Shown here piece after piece: positions 54,043 through 64,000 of a DNA stretch of 64,000 nucleotides. The stretch spans positions 512,001 to 576,000 of the forward strand of contig CAWHAE010000016.1 in assembly GCA_963827235.1 (NCBI GenBank). The letters are read 5' to 3'. Position 1 is the first letter of the stretch, and every line of letters starts with the position of its first letter. The notes under the pieces are model-generated. The model made no database searches. It was not told where the DNA came from and saw only the letters and a list, made by a program, of their open reading frames with translations. The position numbers and the translations under genes are program-made. Source of the stretch: an uncultured bacterium. Its GTDB lineage: Bacteria; Chloroflexota; UBA5177; JANWHV01.

Positions 54043-56484
54043 ATGCGATTCGGACACTTTGACGATCTGCGTCGCGAGTATGTGATCACCCAACCCGACA
54101 CGCCGCTCCCCTGGATGAACTACCTCGGGTGCGAGTCCTATTTCGGCCTGATCACCAATACTGCCGGCGGCTACTCGTTCTATCGCGACGCACGGCTCCG
54201 TCGGCTCACACGCTACCGCTACAACAACGTGCCCCTCGACGTGGGTGGAAGGTATATCTACCTGCGTGATGACGGCTCCGGCCAATTCTGGTCGCCTTCG
54301 TGGCAGCCCACGCGCACGCCATTGCTCGAGTACACCTGCAGACATGGGATGGGCTACACGGTCATCGCGTCGACTCGCGGCGGCGTGCGCGCCGAGACCA
54401 CCTACTTCGTCCCCATGGGCGAGGCACTCGAGGTGTGGCAGCTTCGCCTGACCAATCTGCGCCGGGAGGCGGCATCGCTGTCGGTGTTCTCCCTGGTGGA
54501 GTTCTGCTTGTGGGATGCCAACGACGACTCGACCAACTTCCAGCGCAACTTCAGCACCGGCGAGGTCGAGGTCGACCACGGGGTGATCTATCACAAGACC
54601 GAGTACCGGGAGCGGCGCAATCACTTCGCGTTCTTCGCTTGCTCGGAGCCGCTCGCCGGCTTCGACACACAGCGTGACACCTTCCTGGGCCCGTATCGTG
54701 GATGGGACAACCCCCTCGCGGTCGAGCGCGGCGAGGCATTCCGCTCAGAAGCACACGGCTGGGCTCCGATCGGCTCCCACCACATCAAGCTCGTGCTACA
54801 GCCCGGCGAAAGCAGGCAGGTGCAGTTCGTGCTGGGCTACCACGAGAACTCCAAGGACGCCAAGTTCGACCCACCGGGTTCGCAGGTGATTGACAAGCGG
54901 ACCGTGCGGCCTCGCGTCGCCCGGTTCCTCCAACCGGAAGCGGTCGCTGAGGCGCTTGCAACTCTGCGCCGGTACTGGCACGGCCTGTTGGCAAATCTGC
55001 AGGTCGAAACGCCGGACGTACACACCAATCGCATGGTCAACGTGTGGAACGCGTACCAATGCATGGCGACGTTCAACATGTCGCGCTCGGCTTCGTTCTT
55101 CGAATCGGGCATTGGCCGCGGTCTCGGCTTCCGTGATTCGAACCAGGACCTGCTCGGCTTCGTTCACATGGACCCGGTAAGGGCACGCCAGCGCATCCTG
55201 GATCTGGCGGCAACGCAGCTCGAGTCCGGCGGCGCATTTCACCAGTATCAGCCGCTGACCAAGCGCGGAAACCACGACGTCGGCACGAATTTCAATGACG
55301 ACCCCTTGTGGCTGATCGCCGGCGTGTGCGCGTACATCAAGGAGACGGGCGACTGGCCGATAACCGACGAGCCGGTCCAGTACGAGAATCGGCCGTCGAC
55401 TGAACAGCCGCTCTACGAGCACCTGCAGCGAAGCCTGAGATATACGCTCGACCGTCTGGGGCCGCACGGCCTGCCCTTGATCGGTCACGCGGACTGGAAC
55501 GATTGCCTGAACCTGAACTGCTTCTCGGAAACTCCAGGTGAGTCGTTCCAGTCCACCATGAGCCAGGACGGCGACGTCGCCGAGTCCGTATTCATCGCGG
55601 CCCTATTCGTCATGACCGCCCGCGACCTGGCCGATCTGGCGGAGCGCCGAGGAGAAACGCGACTGGCCGAAGTCTATCGCGACCAGGCGGCGCGCATGGA
55701 CCGTGCCGTGCACGAGCACGGCTGGGACGGCAAGTGGTTCTTGCGCGCTTATGATGCATTCGGCCGCAAGGTGGGATCCCAGGAGTGCGAGGAAGGCAAG
55801 ATCTACGTAGAGACGCAGGGGTTCTGCGCGCTGGCCGGCATCGGCCTCGACGACGGACTGGCTCAGACCGCCCTCGAGTCAGTCAACACCTTGCTCGCCA
55901 CCGAGCACGGCATCGTCCTGCTGCAGCCTGCCTATTCACGCTACTACCCGCACCTGGGCGAGATCTCCAGCTATCCTCCCGGCTATAAAGAGAACGCCGG
56001 CGTCTTCTGCCACAACAATCCCTGGGTGATGATTGCCGAGTCGAGAGTCGGAAACGGCGACCGTGCCCACGACTACTACCTGCGCATCAATCCGTCGGCG
56101 CGCGAGGAGATCGGGGACCTGCACAGGTGCGAGCCCTACGTCTATGCCCAGATGATCGCCGGACGCGACGCACCGACATTCGGCGAGGCGAAGAACTCGT
56201 GGCTTACCGGCACCGCGGCCTGGAACTACGCGGCAATCACCCAGTGGATCCTGGGCATCCGCCCTACGTTCGACGGCCTCTGCATTGCGCCGGTCATTCC
56301 GACCGCCTGGCCGGGCTTCACGGCCACCCGACTGTACCGGGGTGCCACGTATCGCATCTCCGTCAGACGAGAGGGAGTTGGCAACTGCCCGCAGATCACC
56401 GTGGACGGACGGGCAATCCAGGGCAACGTCGTGCCGCCGCCTCCGGAACCGCGCGAGGTCGACGTGCGAGTTACGCTGACGTAG
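54043..56484 (+). CDS. cbp: cellobiose phosphorylase (GH94)
   Basis: FGHFDD..REYVIT, SRSASFFESGIGRGLGFRDSNQD, ADWNDCL, GYKENAG, KNSWLTGTA. Confidence 0.92.
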   Translation: MRFGHFDDLRREYVITQPDTPLPWMNYLGCESYFGLITNTAGGYSFYRDARLRRLTRYRYNNVPLDVGGRYIYLRDDGSGQFWSPSWQPTRTPLLEYTCRHGMGYTVIASTRGGVRAETTYFVPMGEALEVWQLRLTNLRREAASLSVFSLVEFCLWDANDDSTNFQRNFSTGEVEVDHGVIYHKTEYRERRNHFAFFACSEPLAGFDTQRDTFLGPYRGWDNPLAVERGEAFRSEAHGWAPIGSHHIKLVLQPGESRQVQFVLGYHENSKDAKFDPPGSQVIDKRTVRPRVARFLQPEAVAEALATLRRYWHGLLANLQVETPDVHTNRMVNVWNAYQCMATFNMSRSASFFESGIGRGLGFRDSNQDLLGFVHMDPVRARQRILDLAATQLESGGAFHQYQPLTKRGNHDVGTNFNDDPLWLIAGVCAYIKETGDWPITDEPVQYENRPSTEQPLYEHLQRSLRYTLDRLGPHGLPLIGHADWNDCLNLNCFSETPGESFQSTMSQDGDVAESVFIAALFVMTARDLADLAERRGETRLAEVYRDQAARMDRAVHEHGWDGKWFLRAYDAFGRKVGSQECEEGKIYVETQGFCALAGIGLDDGLAQTALESVNTLLATEHGIVLLQPAYSRYYPHLGEISSYPPGYKENAGVFCHNNPWVMIAESRVGNGDRAHDYYLRINPSAREEIGDLHRCEPYVYAQMIAGRDAPTFGEAKNSWLTGTAAWNYAAITQWILGIRPTFDGLCIAPVIPTAWPGFTATRLYRGATYRISVRREGVGNCPQITVDGRAIQGNVVPPPPEPREVDVRVTLT

Positions 56485-56627
56485 GCCAATTATCCGAGTA
56501 GCCGGCAGCGCGGAGGGCGCCTGCGCGACCCGGGCGTCCCGCGGACCAAGCCGGAAACGGTGAGGCGCCCGACGCGGTGCAGCGCAGGATGGCGGTGTCC
56601 AGCTCGAGAAGCACATCGTGGAGACCT

Positions 56628-58850
56628 GTGGTGTTTGATCGCCTCGGCCGCACCATGTTCAGAGCACGCAGGCTCGTCGTCGTCGCGTGGCTGCTCGTCC
56701 TCCTATGCAGTATCCCGTTTGCCCCGCGCGCCAGCAGCGCGCTCAAGGGCGGCGGCTTTGCCAACGGCACAAGCGAGACCGACCAGGCGACTGCGCTGCT
56801 GGTGTCCGATCTGGGCTACTACCCGAGCAACCTGACAGTGGTCTTCTCCAGTCCCACGCTTCGAGCCGAAGATCCGCGCTTCCGCCGGGCCATGGAAGCG
56901 GCGCTCGCGCCTGTCGCCAGGCTGCCCAAGATCGCGCGCATCGACACCTACTACCACCGGCCGGCAGGTCTGGACTTCCAGCGGATGGTGTCAGTCGACG
57001 ATCATGCCGCGTTGGCGACCCTGCAGTACTCGGTGAGCTTCGACCAGGTGCAGACGCTCGTCCCTCAAGTGCGGACAGCCCTGCAGGGCTCTGCTCTTCA
57101 GACCTACGTTACCGGCGACGGCGCGGTGTTCGGGGACTTGCAGACGCTGTCCGGACAGGACCTTCAGCAGGTAGAGAAGATCACCCTGCCCGTCGCATTG
57201 CTCCTGCTGATCCTTGTGTTCGGCACGCTGGTAGCCGCTGCCGTTCCCATGGTGATGGGGCTGTTCTCGGTCGCACCCACCCTGGCCTTGCTGTTCGCCC
57301 TCGGGCACGTGACGGACCTCTCGATCTTCAGCCTGAATGTGACCACGATGATCGGCTTAGGCGTAGGCATCGACTACGCCCTATTCGTGACCAGCCGGTT
57401 CCGGGAAGAGGTGTACCGGCGGCCGCTGGAGGATGCCGTGGCCATCGCCATGGCCACCGCCGGCCGCGCCGTGATGTTCTCGGGACTCACGGTCATGATC
57501 GGCCTCTCAGGCCTGCTTCTGTTTCATTCCATGGCCCTGAGATCGATCGGACTGGGCGGCAGCCTGGTCGTCCTGGTGTCGGTGACGGCCGCGCTCACCC
57601 TCCTGCCCGCGGTCCTGGGCCTGCTGGGCACCAGAGTCGATACCCTGGCGATCGTTCCCTGGCGACAAGGCGGGGAGAGCCGGTTCTGGCACGGGCTTGC
57701 CACCCGAGTTATGCGCCGGCCATGGTGGGTGATCGTCGCAGTCACAATAGTCGTTGCCGTGATCGCCTCGCCTTTCCGCTTGCTGCATCTGAACGTGCCG
57801 GATGCCACCATGCTGCCCAAGAACGTCTCATCACGCGTGGGCTTCGATATGCTCGATCAGCGCTTCGAGCAGCGCCAGAACAACCCCATAGTGATCGTCG
57901 TGCAGGCCCACGACGATCTGCTCGCTCCGGCAGCCATGGGCGCCCTCTACGACTACGTGCACGCGCTCTTCCGACTGCCCAACGTCGTCGCGGCCCAATC
58001 CAGGAGCCTGGTGACGATCGAGCCCTTCAGCCGGTCCCAGTACCAGCAGATTGAACGCTTCCGGTCGTACCCGCAGGTTGCCCGCGCGATCCGAGAGTAC
58101 GTTGGCAACAACTGCACGGCGATCTCACTCCAACCGCGCAAGGGCCTCACCACGAGCCAGATCGATCAGGTCATAACCGGCGCCCGCGCACTGCCGATCA
58201 GCACCGGGCTGAAGCACTACGTGGGCGGATTCGACGCCGGCGTGATGGACTACCTGGACAATCTCTACGGCCAGTTCCCCGTGTGTATCCTGTTTGTCGT
58301 CGCCATCACCTATGTCGTGCTGCTCATTCTGCTCCGCTCAGCCATTCTACCGCTGAAGGCCGTGCTCATGAACGCGCTGAGCCTGCTCGGAGCGTACGGC
58401 GCGGTGGTCTGGATCTTTCAGCAGGGCCATCTCAGCACGTTCTTCAACTTCAGCGCTACGGGCTACGTCGACGAGATCACGCCGATCATCACCTTCTGCA
58501 CCCTGTTCGGACTGTCGATGGACTACGAAGTGTTCCTGCTCAGTCGCATCCGCGAACAGTACCTGCGCTCCGGAGACAACACGGCTGCAGTGGCAGCCGG
58601 CCTGGAGCGCACCGGGCGAATCATCACCAGCGCGGCGCTCGTGCTCGTCACTGTGGCCGGGAGCTTCGCGTTCACTGACATCGTGCTCATCAAGGCAATC
58701 GGATTGGGCCTGGCGATCGCCATCCTGCTCGACGCCACGCTCATTCGCTGTCTGCTCGTGCCTGCTACCATGCGCGTTCTCGGCCAGTGGAATTGGTGGC
58801 TGCCGCGATGGCTCCGTCCGCTGCTCGGAGGTACCATTCCTATCCGATAG
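56628..58850 (+). CDS. MMPL (RND superfamily) transporter
   Basis: GLGVGIDYALF..RFREE, TAGRAVMFSG, FGLSMDYEVFLLSRIRE, LDATLIR..VPA. Confidence 0.93.
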   Translation: MVFDRLGRTMFRARRLVVVAWLLVLLCSIPFAPRASSALKGGGFANGTSETDQATALLVSDLGYYPSNLTVVFSSPTLRAEDPRFRRAMEAALAPVARLPKIARIDTYYHRPAGLDFQRMVSVDDHAALATLQYSVSFDQVQTLVPQVRTALQGSALQTYVTGDGAVFGDLQTLSGQDLQQVEKITLPVALLLLILVFGTLVAAAVPMVMGLFSVAPTLALLFALGHVTDLSIFSLNVTTMIGLGVGIDYALFVTSRFREEVYRRPLEDAVAIAMATAGRAVMFSGLTVMIGLSGLLLFHSMALRSIGLGGSLVVLVSVTAALTLLPAVLGLLGTRVDTLAIVPWRQGGESRFWHGLATRVMRRPWWVIVAVTIVVAVIASPFRLLHLNVPDATMLPKNVSSRVGFDMLDQRFEQRQNNPIVIVVQAHDDLLAPAAMGALYDYVHALFRLPNVVAAQSRSLVTIEPFSRSQYQQIERFRSYPQVARAIREYVGNNCTAISLQPRKGLTTSQIDQVITGARALPISTGLKHYVGGFDAGVMDYLDNLYGQFPVCILFVVAITYVVLLILLRSAILPLKAVLMNALSLLGAYGAVVWIFQQGHLSTFFNFSATGYVDEITPIITFCTLFGLSMDYEVFLLSRIREQYLRSGDNTAAVAAGLERTGRIITSAALVLVTVAGSFAFTDIVLIKAIGLGLAIAILLDATLIRCLLVPATMRVLGQWNWWLPRWLRPLLGGTIPIR

Positions 58851-59001
58851 CATGTCAGCGCTCGGGTGCCTGGCCCGGCCCTGATTGCGGCGCGCACAGG
58901 AGCCGGCTCCATGCCATGGCCGCGCCGGGAACATGGGCCATCCGCCGGCATAACCAACAGCGCCTGCACTGCCACCGTAGATATACAAGGGGGAGATCGC
59001 C

Positions 59002-59292
59002 ATGTACGTAGTTATGAACCATCTCGCCTGCTCCGCAGCCTATGCCGAGCACCTCGAGCGAGCGTTCCGGCAGGCCGGGAACATGCAAGGCGTGCCGGGT
59101 TTCGTCAGCTTCATGTTTCTGCGCCGCGACGAAGACGAGCCCGAGCGACGGCACTATGCGGCACACACCACCTGGGAGAGCAAGCAGTCGTACGAGGCCT
59201 GGTGCAAGAGCGAGGCTTTCACAGGCGCGCACGCCGGCGCGAAAGGCAGCCCAGTCGAGTCAAGCCTGGAGTGCTTTGAGTCGCTGCAGTGA
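59002..59292 (+). CDS. antibiotic biosynthesis monooxygenase (IsdG/MhuD-like)
   Basis: MYVVMN, VPGF, TTWES..YEAW..SEAF..AH. Confidence 0.88.
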   Translation: MYVVMNHLACSAAYAEHLERAFRQAGNMQGVPGFVSFMFLRRDEDEPERRHYAAHTTWESKQSYEAWCKSEAFTGAHAGAKGSPVESSLECFESLQ

Positions 59293-59329
59293 GGCCGACC
59301 GCCTGGCCGAACTCGTGTCTTCTGCGATG

Positions 59330-60781
59330 CTACTGCCAGGGGATGGTGTAGAGCTTCGTGAACGTCATTGCGCGCATGGACTCGATCACACCCTCTTTCA
59401 CGCCCAGGCCGCTGTCCTTCGTGCCGCCGAAAGGCGTCAGCTCTGTCCTGTAGCCCGGCACCTCGCGGATGTTCACCGTGCCGCAGCGCAGCCCGCGAAT
59501 GCACCGATTAATCGACCGCAGGTCGTTGGTTACTACGCCGCAGGACAGGCCAAACGGCGTCGAATTGGCCATGGCGATGGCCTCGTCCAGTCCACGCACG
59601 CGGATGATGGGTGCGTACGGTCCGAACGTCTCGCATGCCACAAGCTCGCTCGACGGGGCAACTCTGTCGAGCACGGCCGGCACGATCTGCGCGCCCCGGC
59701 GCTCGCCGCCGCACAGCAGCACCGCCCCCTCTCGTACCGCAGCGTGCATGCGGTCCTCGAAGGTCTGGGCGTCGCGCTCGCTGATCACGGTACCCACGTC
59801 GGTAGCCGGGTCCATCGGGTCGCCGGCCACAAGCCGGCCGGCCGCCTCGACGAGCTTGCCGGCGAACAGGTCCGCCACCGCGGCGGTCACGATGATGCGT
59901 TTGACGGCCGTACAGCGCTGACCCGAGTTCTTGAAGGCACCGGTCGTGGCGAGCCGGACCGCCTCGTCCACGTCCGCGTCGTCCAGCACGATGAGCGGAT
60001 CGTTGCCGCCAAGCTCCAGGATCGCCCGCTTGTAGCCCATCTCCGCAGCGATGCGCTTGCCTACGTGGGTGCTGCCGGTGAAGCTGACCAGCTCCACGTC
60101 AGGGTGCCGCCACAGGAGTGGTCCCACCTCTTCCGTGGCTGTAGGAGCGAGCGTGACGAAAGTGACCATGCCGTCCGGCAGACCTGCTTCTCTCATGATC
60201 TGGGCCAGTGCGAGCGCGGCCAGAGGTGTCCGCCAAGAAGGCTTGAGCACCATGGTGTTGTTGGTGGCGATCGACGGCGCCACCTTGTGTGCCACCTGGT
60301 TGAGCGGATGGTTGAATGGCGTGATGGCCGAGACGAGGCGCAAGGGCTCACGGATGGTATAGGCGCGTCGCTGCTTGCCGTTGGCCGACGTGTCGCAGGC
60401 AAACACCTGCCCGTCGTCGCGTAGCGCTTCCATGGCAGCGAATCGGAACACGTCTTGCGCCCGGCGAAGCTCGTACTGAGTGTCCTTGAGGCAGAGTCCC
60501 GACTCCCAGGTGATCAGCCGTGCAAAGGCCACTTCATTGTCTTGCAGCCCGTCGGCGATCCGGTCGAGGATCTGTGCTCGCTCATGCCGCGACAACTCGA
60601 CGACTGTGTCGCGTGCGTGCTCGAGAGCTGCCAGCACGTCGTTTCGACTCAGTTCAGGCGCCGAGCCGATGACCTCGCCGGTATATGGGTAGCGCACCTC
60701 CACGGCGCCTGAGCCCCACGTCTCTTTGCCGGCAACCGAGGTTGGGAATCGAAAGACAGGACCGGACTCGATGACGCTCAT
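59330..60781 (-). CDS. phnY: phosphonoacetaldehyde dehydrogenase
   Basis: ITPFNHPLN, LELGGNDP, KNSGQRCTAVKR, VPGYR.E.TPFGG.KDSGLG.KEG; next to phnA. Confidence 0.92.
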   Translation of the reverse strand: MSVIESGPVFRFPTSVAGKETWGSGAVEVRYPYTGEVIGSAPELSRNDVLAALEHARDTVVELSRHERAQILDRIADGLQDNEVAFARLITWESGLCLKDTQYELRRAQDVFRFAAMEALRDDGQVFACDTSANGKQRRAYTIREPLRLVSAITPFNHPLNQVAHKVAPSIATNNTMVLKPSWRTPLAALALAQIMREAGLPDGMVTFVTLAPTATEEVGPLLWRHPDVELVSFTGSTHVGKRIAAEMGYKRAILELGGNDPLIVLDDADVDEAVRLATTGAFKNSGQRCTAVKRIIVTAAVADLFAGKLVEAAGRLVAGDPMDPATDVGTVISERDAQTFEDRMHAAVREGAVLLCGGERRGAQIVPAVLDRVAPSSELVACETFGPYAPIIRVRGLDEAIAMANSTPFGLSCGVVTNDLRSINRCIRGLRCGTVNIREVPGYRTELTPFGGTKDSGLGVKEGVIESMRAMTFTKLYTIPWQ

Positions 60782-62013
60782 CTGTCGAGTACTCCATTCA
60801 GCAGGAGATCGTGAATGTCCGAATTACTGACGCCCGTGGCGTGCCTTGCCGCGTAGAGCGGCTCCAGCGCGCGACTGACGATCACGGGAATGATCTGCTC
60901 GTGACGGCCTCCATGCGAGCGCAGTCCACCCGCGATGGCCGCGAGGTCGTGCTTGCCGGCCGATTTGCCCAACGCGGTTCTCCTGTCGGCGGCGACCGAC
61001 AGGTCACCGATGCGGTCCGCGGGGTGCTTGTAGATCACAGCGGCCTCTTCCCGAGTCAGCACCTCCTCCACGCCTTGGAGACCGGCCAGTATCTCGCGAG
61101 CGCGCTCTCGTTGCGCTGCCGGCACGTGCACCCACGCGAAGGACCCCAGCGCGCCGTGGTGCACGACGTAGGGATCGGTAATCGGTAGCACCACGTGATA
61201 GTCCGCCAGACCGGCGGCATCGAACACGTCTTCCAGATAGTGCACACGAGGCGAGCCATCCGCATGCTGCTTGGCGTTCATGCCGTGGTCGGCCACCACG
61301 CCGACCAGGTAGCCAAGGTCCAGAAACTCACCCAGCAGCTCGTCGAAGCGCTTGTAGAACCTGTCCGCCATGTCCTCGCCCGGCGCCTGCTTGTGCTGCA
61401 CGAAGTCGGTCAGCGACACGTAAAGCAGATCGATCGGCCCGCTCCGGCGCGAGACCGCCAGGGCTATCTCCATGGCATAGTGGCTCATGTCCCATTCGTA
61501 CGGCCCGGGGTTCTTCCGACCGACGAGCGCCACCACGTCGTCCACGCCGAATTCCGGCAGCGAGTGCTCGTGTGCCTTCTCCGCGCTTGTCGCGGGCACG
61601 TCTCCCGCTGCCAGCAAGAGCCTCAGCTTATCCTTGGCCGTGACGCAGAGCACGCGCCGGCCGGCGCGGCGCATCTCGGCGTGGATTGACGGCGCGCGCA
61701 GGAACCGTGGATCGGTGAGCTGAACTTCCTCTCCGGACGGATCCAGGTAGTGGTTGCCAGCGATCCCGTGCACGCTGGGCGGAGCCCCTGTGACGATCGA
61801 GAGATTGTTGGGATTGGTAAAGGACGGCATCTGGCTCAGTCCGAGGTGGTAAGCGCCGCCCTCGCGAAGCATCGCTTGCAGGCGCGGCATGAGACCGCGC
61901 CTTATGCCGTCGTCGATGTACTCCGGCGAGCAGCCGTCGATTGTGATCACGGCCGTGGGCCGCGTTGGGAGCCGGTATGCCCGGCCGTTCACCGTGATGC
62001 TCTCAGCCGGCAT
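60778..62013 (-). CDS. phnA: phosphonoacetate hydrolase
   Basis: ITVNGR.Y, IDG, MPSFTNPNNLSIVTG, TDFVQHK, ADHGM, LRSHGG. Confidence 0.95.
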   Translation of the reverse strand: MPAESITVNGRAYRLPTRPTAVITIDGCSPEYIDDGIRRGLMPRLQAMLREGGAYHLGLSQMPSFTNPNNLSIVTGAPPSVHGIAGNHYLDPSGEEVQLTDPRFLRAPSIHAEMRRAGRRVLCVTAKDKLRLLLAAGDVPATSAEKAHEHSLPEFGVDDVVALVGRKNPGPYEWDMSHYAMEIALAVSRRSGPIDLLYVSLTDFVQHKQAPGEDMADRFYKRFDELLGEFLDLGYLVGVVADHGMNAKQHADGSPRVHYLEDVFDAAGLADYHVVLPITDPYVVHHGALGSFAWVHVPAAQRERAREILAGLQGVEEVLTREEAAVIYKHPADRIGDLSVAADRRTALGKSAGKHDLAAIAGGLRSHGGRHEQIIPVIVSRALEPLYAARHATGVSNSDIHDLLLNGVLDR

Positions 62014-63610
62014 TGTGAACTACTCCCGCGGTCTCCCTGTCCGGTCGGCCGGCCAGAGCACGCTCAAGCGCTGTTACGAAGCCCTGCAAAGCTTCGATCT
62101 TCAGCGCTCCGAGTGCGCAGACTCGGAAACTCGTCCGGGCAGCCTCGCCGAGCCCACCATAAATCACATACCCCTCTTGTTTGACGGCATCGTGCAGGGC
62201 GTCGTATTCGATACCCGGCGGCAGCGGCAGACTGCGCACCGAGCGCGACCGGTGCTCGCGCGCCACGCGTGGAGCCAGCCCGAGCCGGCCAAGCTCGCGA
62301 TCGAGATACTCGATACGCTCCTTGTAGTAGGCCTGGCGCGTGGACAGCCCCTCGTCCATCAGCTCGTCCAGCGCTGCCTCCAGACCGTAGATGGCCGGGA
62401 TGGCAGGTGTGTACGGCACCGATCCCTTCTCCTGCGCTCGCAGATAGGCGCCGAGATCGAAGTAAAGCGAGCGCGGAGGCACCGCATTGATGCGCTCCTG
62501 GCCCAGTGGCGACACCAGCACGAACGCGGCTCCCGGCAATCCGTGCAGGCACTTGTTGGATGTGCAGGCCAGGAAGTCGATGCCCGAATCCGCCAACTGC
62601 AGCTCTTCGGCTCCGAACGAGCTGATGGCATCCACGAGCGCGCGCACGCCGCGCTTGCGCGCCGCGGCGGCGATCTCGTGCACCGGATTGACAAGGCCGG
62701 TCGTCGTCTCATGATGAATGACGGCAACGGCGTCAATCGTATTGTCAGCGTCGAGCGCCAAGACGACCCTGCCGGCGTCTATGGGCTCGAGGTCGGGTGC
62801 GTCAACGACCACCACCTCAATGCCTGAGCGACGGGCGATCGTCTCGATGCGCTCGCCGTAGATGCCGTTGCGGCAGACGAGTAGCTTGCGACCGGGCCGG
62901 GTGGAAGCGCTCGTCATGGCTTCCATGGCCGAGGTGCCGCTGCCGGCGAGCATGACCATCGCCCAGTCGTTGCCCACTCCGGCCAGGGCGAGCAGCTTGG
63001 CGCGGACGCGTCCGAGCATCTGCGAATACTCCGGCTCCCGGTGGCAGAGGTCGGGCCCACCCACCGCCCTGTGCACTCGGTCGCTAACTACCGCCGGACC
63101 CGGATTCAGCAGCACTCGCTGCCGGTGCGACCTGCGGCTGGAGAACCGGTCGGCGTCCAGCGAGCCGAAGGCCGACGGCTCCACGATGCAATCCGGCTGC
63201 GCCTCCAGCAGCCGGGCCCTGGCCGCAGGCCCAGGCGCCGAGAGGGCGACGATGGCCCCGGCGCCTGCCCGATGCCCGGCCTGGATGGCGGCGCTGCTGC
63301 ACCCGACCACGCCGACACGGCGAACATCGTCCACATGCGCGGCGCGAAGCGCGTCGAATACGCCGAATGGAGAGGGAGCCGGAGGCCCAGCGACGAGCAG
63401 GTCGGCCGGGCATAGGCCCATGGCTGCCGCTGAGTCACCGCTCGAGTCCACGACGGCAATGCGGCAGCCGTCGGCGCGGACTCCAGCCAGCGACCTGCCG
63501 AGCTCCTCGGCGGCAGGGCGGGGCAGATCGGAAGCATAGACGACCCACAATGAGATCGACCGCTCGGTCGCCCATTCGTGGGCGGTGGCGGCCGTGAGAG
63601 CGAACGGCAT
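62003..63610 (-). CDS. phnW: 2-aminoethylphosphonate aminotransferase with N-terminal degenerate HAD (PhnX-like) domain
   Basis: LLNPGP, GSGTSAME, NGIYGERI, HHETTTG, DAISSFG, SNKCLHG; about 160 extra N-terminal residues with HAD-like pattern. Confidence 0.88.
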   Translation of the reverse strand: MPFALTAATAHEWATERSISLWVVYASDLPRPAAEELGRSLAGVRADGCRIAVVDSSGDSAAAMGLCPADLLVAGPPAPSPFGVFDALRAAHVDDVRRVGVVGCSSAAIQAGHRAGAGAIVALSAPGPAARARLLEAQPDCIVEPSAFGSLDADRFSSRRSHRQRVLLNPGPAVVSDRVHRAVGGPDLCHREPEYSQMLGRVRAKLLALAGVGNDWAMVMLAGSGTSAMEAMTSASTRPGRKLLVCRNGIYGERIETIARRSGIEVVVVDAPDLEPIDAGRVVLALDADNTIDAVAVIHHETTTGLVNPVHEIAAAARKRGVRALVDAISSFGAEELQLADSGIDFLACTSNKCLHGLPGAAFVLVSPLGQERINAVPPRSLYFDLGAYLRAQEKGSVPYTPAIPAIYGLEAALDELMDEGLSTRQAYYKERIEYLDRELGRLGLAPRVAREHRSRSVRSLPLPPGIEYDALHDAVKQEGYVIYGGLGEAARTSFRVCALGALKIEALQGFVTALERALAGRPDRETAGVVHNAG

Positions 63611-63624
63611 GCTATGGTCCCCTT

Positions 63625-64000
63625 TCAGGCCATGTGGCGTGATACGCCCGGTATCGAGGCACTATTCTCCACCGCGAAGTCGACCTGGTCTGCCAGGTAA
63701 TGGTCTTCCGACCACTCGAGCGCGACTCCACTCTGAGAGAACGCGTGGCGCCGGATGCGGAGAAGCGGCGTGCGGATTGGCACGGCGAGCAGGTCGGCAT
63801 CGACCTTCGACGCCGCCACGGCGCCGATGACGTGTCGTGCCGAGGCGAAGATGATGCCCTGTCGGGCGAGCTCGGCGTAGATCGAGGCATTGTCGAGGTC
63901 GATGCTGGCGACGAGCAAGCCGACGTAGGGCGGGAACGTCGAGCGCTCCACCATCAGCGGCTTGCCATCCACCAGGCGCAGGCGCAGCAAGCGGTACACG
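63625..64000 (-). CDS. GntR/HutC family regulator (UTRA domain), partial
   Basis: RLRLVDGKPL.VE, SIYAEL, PLLRIRR, EWSEDHY; truncated by the window end. Confidence 0.88.
   Translation of the reverse strand, partial: VYRLLRLRLVDGKPLMVERSTFPPYVGLLVASIDLDNASIYAELARQGIIFASARHVIGAVAASKVDADLLAVPIRTPLLRIRRHAFSQSGVALEWSEDHYLADQVDFAVENSASIPGVSRHMA

Overview
High-GC bacterial chromosome segment. It looks Chloroflexota-like by inference from the archaeal/eukaryal-type ProRS, the tRNA Thr-Tyr-Thr/tuf/rpmG/secE/nusG/rplKAJL block and family-5 sugar ABC systems. Housekeeping content: pyrE, pyrD, cysK, proS, serS, glnA, purF-purM-purN-purH, hisC, the tuf-ribosomal protein cluster and five tRNAs. Accessory content: an AAA+/VWA pair, tandem GT-C glycosyltransferases, a LacI-controlled oligosaccharide ABC system with visible operators but no ATPase, a GAF-kinase/USP/receiver/cyclase signalling cluster, a GH94 cellobiose phosphorylase, an MMPL plus IsdG-like monooxygenase pair and a GntR-phnW-phnA-phnY aminoethylphosphonate operon. 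About nine single-base frameshifts at 5.9-7.3 kb and 24.9-29.8 kb look like read or assembly errors. No CRISPR array, integrase or transposase was seen. Best leads: (i) PhnW fused to a capless, catalytically degenerate PhnX-like HAD domain; (ii) an ANTAR response regulator followed by a structured glnA leader with an ANTAR-type hairpin; (iii) an orphan roadblock/LC7 gene inside the pur operon; (iv) an unrecognised Cys-rich protein after purH. All calls are from reading the sequence; no searches were run.
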